64,000 nt of DNA from Phoronis australis. Taxonomy: Eukaryota; Animalia; Phoronida. Position numbers and translations under genes: made by a program. How positions within the stretch are numbered: position 1 is the stretch's first letter; every line of letters begins with the position of its first letter. Below the pieces are notes generated by a model. It worked only from the letters and a program-made list of their open reading frames with translations, had not been told where the DNA came from and did no database searches. Of the stretch, positions 61,304-64,000 are shown in pieces. The stretch covers positions 62,001 to 126,000 of the forward strand of contig NMRA01000359.1 in assembly GCA_002633005.1 (NCBI GenBank), written 5' to 3'.

Positions 61304-62108
61304 GCTAGGATTTTGCCCCTCAGACATTCGCACACCCAAACTGCCAAATGGAATCTGGGAGAATTTTAGGGGGGCCATGACCCTTTTGGCGCCTCTAAAT
61401 CCGCCACTGGAATCCTGTTATTGCTCATCACCAAATATTATTTAGGCTGGCGTCAAGATTACTAAATCTTTGAGACAAAATAATAGTCCGTAATCCGTGT
61501 CAACTCTCAAAGATTAGCAAAACCTTGACATTATTACTTAACTGACAGTCAATGTTTAAATGCAGAGTGATTTAGTCGATTTCTGTGAGGAAGTGTTACA
61601 GACGATGAACAGCAATATTTCTCACAGAAGGTGGGCTATTAATTACCCATGAGCATGAGACAGATGTTTTACCAACAACAAATCCAGGATTTTGTCCAGG
61701 GATCCAACAAGGTACAAACAACCACCCAAGTGACCAAGCCAATGGGACGGTTTCAGATCTCCTCTGGATCCATGTCGGATCAGTAGGGAGGAAGGTAAAA
61801 AACCGCCAAGAAAAATCACGATGCATGGTGTTTTAAGTTGGGATAACTCTTTGTTATACCACACTAGCCGGAATCAAATATTTCAATACAACCACAATTA
61901 AATTTTAAAAGTAACCAAGACTCAGAATTTGTTAACTCCAAAATAATGCAGCATTTATTTACAACACTAAACGTTGACAATTCCTAATTTCAACAACATT
62001 TTGACATATATTGCAATTAGACTCAAAAATGGTGGTCTTTCGATTTGAACTGGGCAGTGTGTGCTGGAAGTTCATACGCCCACCTACACATTTAACAGTG
62101 TGTACACT

Positions 62109-62295
62109 TCATTTCTTTTTCTTCTCGGCACTAAGATTCGAATGCAACTTCAGAACTTCTGGTTCAAACAGGTCATGACATAAAACTCCATTCTCGTCAA
62201 AGAAGTTGGCTACTGACCACGACTTTTCCGTTTCCCTCTCGTCTTTGGTGGTGCCGTCTATGAACTTCATGTGAAGCTTGTATTCATCATCATAC
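62109..62295 (-). CDS. SPCS2: SPCS2 last exon, second (probably allelic) copy
   Basis: Same as 56919-57105 apart from a synonymous GAT/GAC change. Confidence 0.8.
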
Positions 62296-62829
62296 CTAGT
62301 TAAAAGTAATCAGATTATTTACAACAACATAATAGAAAAAAATGCATAAAGTAAAAGCTTCAATATAACACACAAGCAAATGATTACCAACAACTACAGT
62401 ACAGGACAAAAGTAATCGGACAAAATACCGTTTTCCAATCATGACGGCCAATTCTGTTAAGAGCAAACAAACTGGTGGCAAAATTTTAATGACAGAATGG
62501 CTTAGCCGTCTTTACCAACTTTCTTGTTCATTTCTTGTTCATTTCGGTCATGAGGGAAGATTAGTCTGACAATGAACTCGGCTTCTGCCCAGTTGTCATG
62601 ACGGGAAGTTTTGTCTCATTTTGTCTGAATACTTTTGGCCTGTATTGTAGGTTTCCGAAAAATCTGACGACAAATTATTCCAAGGACAGAAACAGTAAGT
62701 GGGACGTGCAGAAGTTGCGTGGGATCAGCCATTTGGATAAGTCCGATTCAACAAATGAAACCTAAAGGTCCCGTTGAATCTGCTTTAGTTATAGCTAGTG
62801 GGACAAGGACTTTTAGGATGAAAAATTAC

Positions 62830-62964
62830 CTTTTTAAAGCTGATGACACCTGCCATGTGTTGTCAGCATCCAGTCCTGCTTTGTCCTTTTGTAGGGCCAC
62901 GAGGAATATGCTTTGTTCAATGTAGGTGGTATACAGGGTGAGAATACCCATTAAAATAAAATAC
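62830..62964 (-). CDS. SPCS2: SPCS2 exon 4, second (probably allelic) copy
   Basis: Same as 57639-57773 with synonymous CTT/CTC and TTG/CTG changes; identical TCCTTAACTGTGACCAT 3' intron end. Confidence 0.8.
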
Positions 62965-64000
62965 ATGGTCACAGTTAAGGAATGATTATCCAGGTGGGTG
63001 ACATGTTGTCCAAATCAGCTGCAAATATCAGAATGCGCAGTATCCTACACAACTGAAAGCCCAAACGTGCTCAAACGAAAACAAACCTACCGAAAATGCA
63101 GGGTGGCTGACATTCTCCTTAGCACAAATGCACGGTCTTAAGAGTTACACTATCAGAAGCGGATGTAGGACCTTATAGCCAAGTCTGTGTATTCCGCCAA
63201 ATACCTACAAACTATAGATAACTCGGAAAATATATGTATTTTCTGAACGTAGAAAGCTTGTCGAATTTGATTTGTCTCCCCCTTTGCCAACCTGCCATTA
63301 ATTGAGTCACATGACCATGTCTTTTCAGTAAAATTTAGCAAAAAAGAAATGTACATTATCAATAACATGACCAAATTCAACATGAGATCTCAAAAATGCT
63401 GTTACGTGCATTGGCCTGGAATACCCTGTATATACAACCGGGTACTGGCAGCTACCGCGCCTCCTAGCGGTGGTCTACGCAACTGAACATTCTGAGTAAG
63501 ACAGGTGTCCATGGCAGTGGAAAGCCTTAAAGTGGAACTTGCACGCTAATTCCTTATCTCTGTGATTGCTTGGTCACATTAGTTAGAAACACAGCATATA
63601 GTGATGATGTGAATATGCAGTAGGTTGAAAATTCCCAAATGTTTTTAAGAACGAGTTTTGTGTCGAAAATGATCTACCGTAAATCACTGAACTGCGTCCA
63701 GTAAGTATCGTGACGTGATGTTGGGGAATAACACTGCATGATGAGAGCTATGTGAGCCCTGAGGTGTGAAATAAGAGCAAAGGTCACTTATTTGCAGAAT
63801 TTTTTGTTTTCACATTTACAAGTTGTCAACAAATACATTACCGCACTTTATTTAGCGTAGATTATGTTCAACTAGCATTGTCATTCAGAAGAACACAGGT
63901 CAGTCAGGAAAAACGTGAATTTAATGGCCTGGCTTCAAAGATAAAATGTCGGTAGTGCCAATGACTCCAAATGTTGAGTTCTGTACTGTTTTTTTTGTGA

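Larger units (their letters stand above)
61304..64000. repeat. Duplicate of about 56114-58978
   Basis: Both copies start at the identical base GCTAGGATTTTGCC right after Ns; collinear with SNPs and indels. Confidence 0.9.

Noticed and set aside
60403-61445. ORFs of about 300 aa in the ORF track
   Set aside because: They consist mostly of translated Ns.

Overview
Eukaryotic (invertebrate metazoan, mollusc-like) genomic DNA from a draft assembly, repeat-rich, with a 769-N gap and three single-N joins. Two host genes can be reconstructed by hand. (1) A five-coding-exon UNC-93-family MFS membrane protein on + (23529-39371, 673 aa) whose long N-tail carries a composite LxVP/PxIxIT calcineurin-docking-like motif. 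(2) SPCS2 (signal peptidase complex subunit 2) on - (exons 2-5 at 56919-60057, exons 4-5 repeated at 62109-62964), containing a minor-spliceosome (U12) intron that appears to have non-canonical AT-AT termini. The most striking accessory system is a cluster of TTAA-flanked Kolobok-type DNA transposon derivatives (6146-8075, 9070-10762, 17927-18892, 18897-19164). Two of them clearly, and a third possibly, keep the 5' stubs of two convergent genes (THAP-transposase and an acidic/Cys-rich KolX/P2X7-ballast-like protein) while losing the catalytic middle, and they stack end-to-end on shared TTAA sites. Also present: an end-to-end Ingi-like LINE with a 12-bp TSD, decayed Gypsy, Tc1/mariner, CR1/L2-like and L1/Tx1 elements, MITEs, SINE fragments, Penelope/hammerhead-like inverted repeats, 48- and 49-bp satellites, a multi-kb imperfect inverted repeat, and three N-joined near-identical duplications that look like uncollapsed haplotypes. 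All alignments and translations outside the ORF track were done by eye; no database searches were run.
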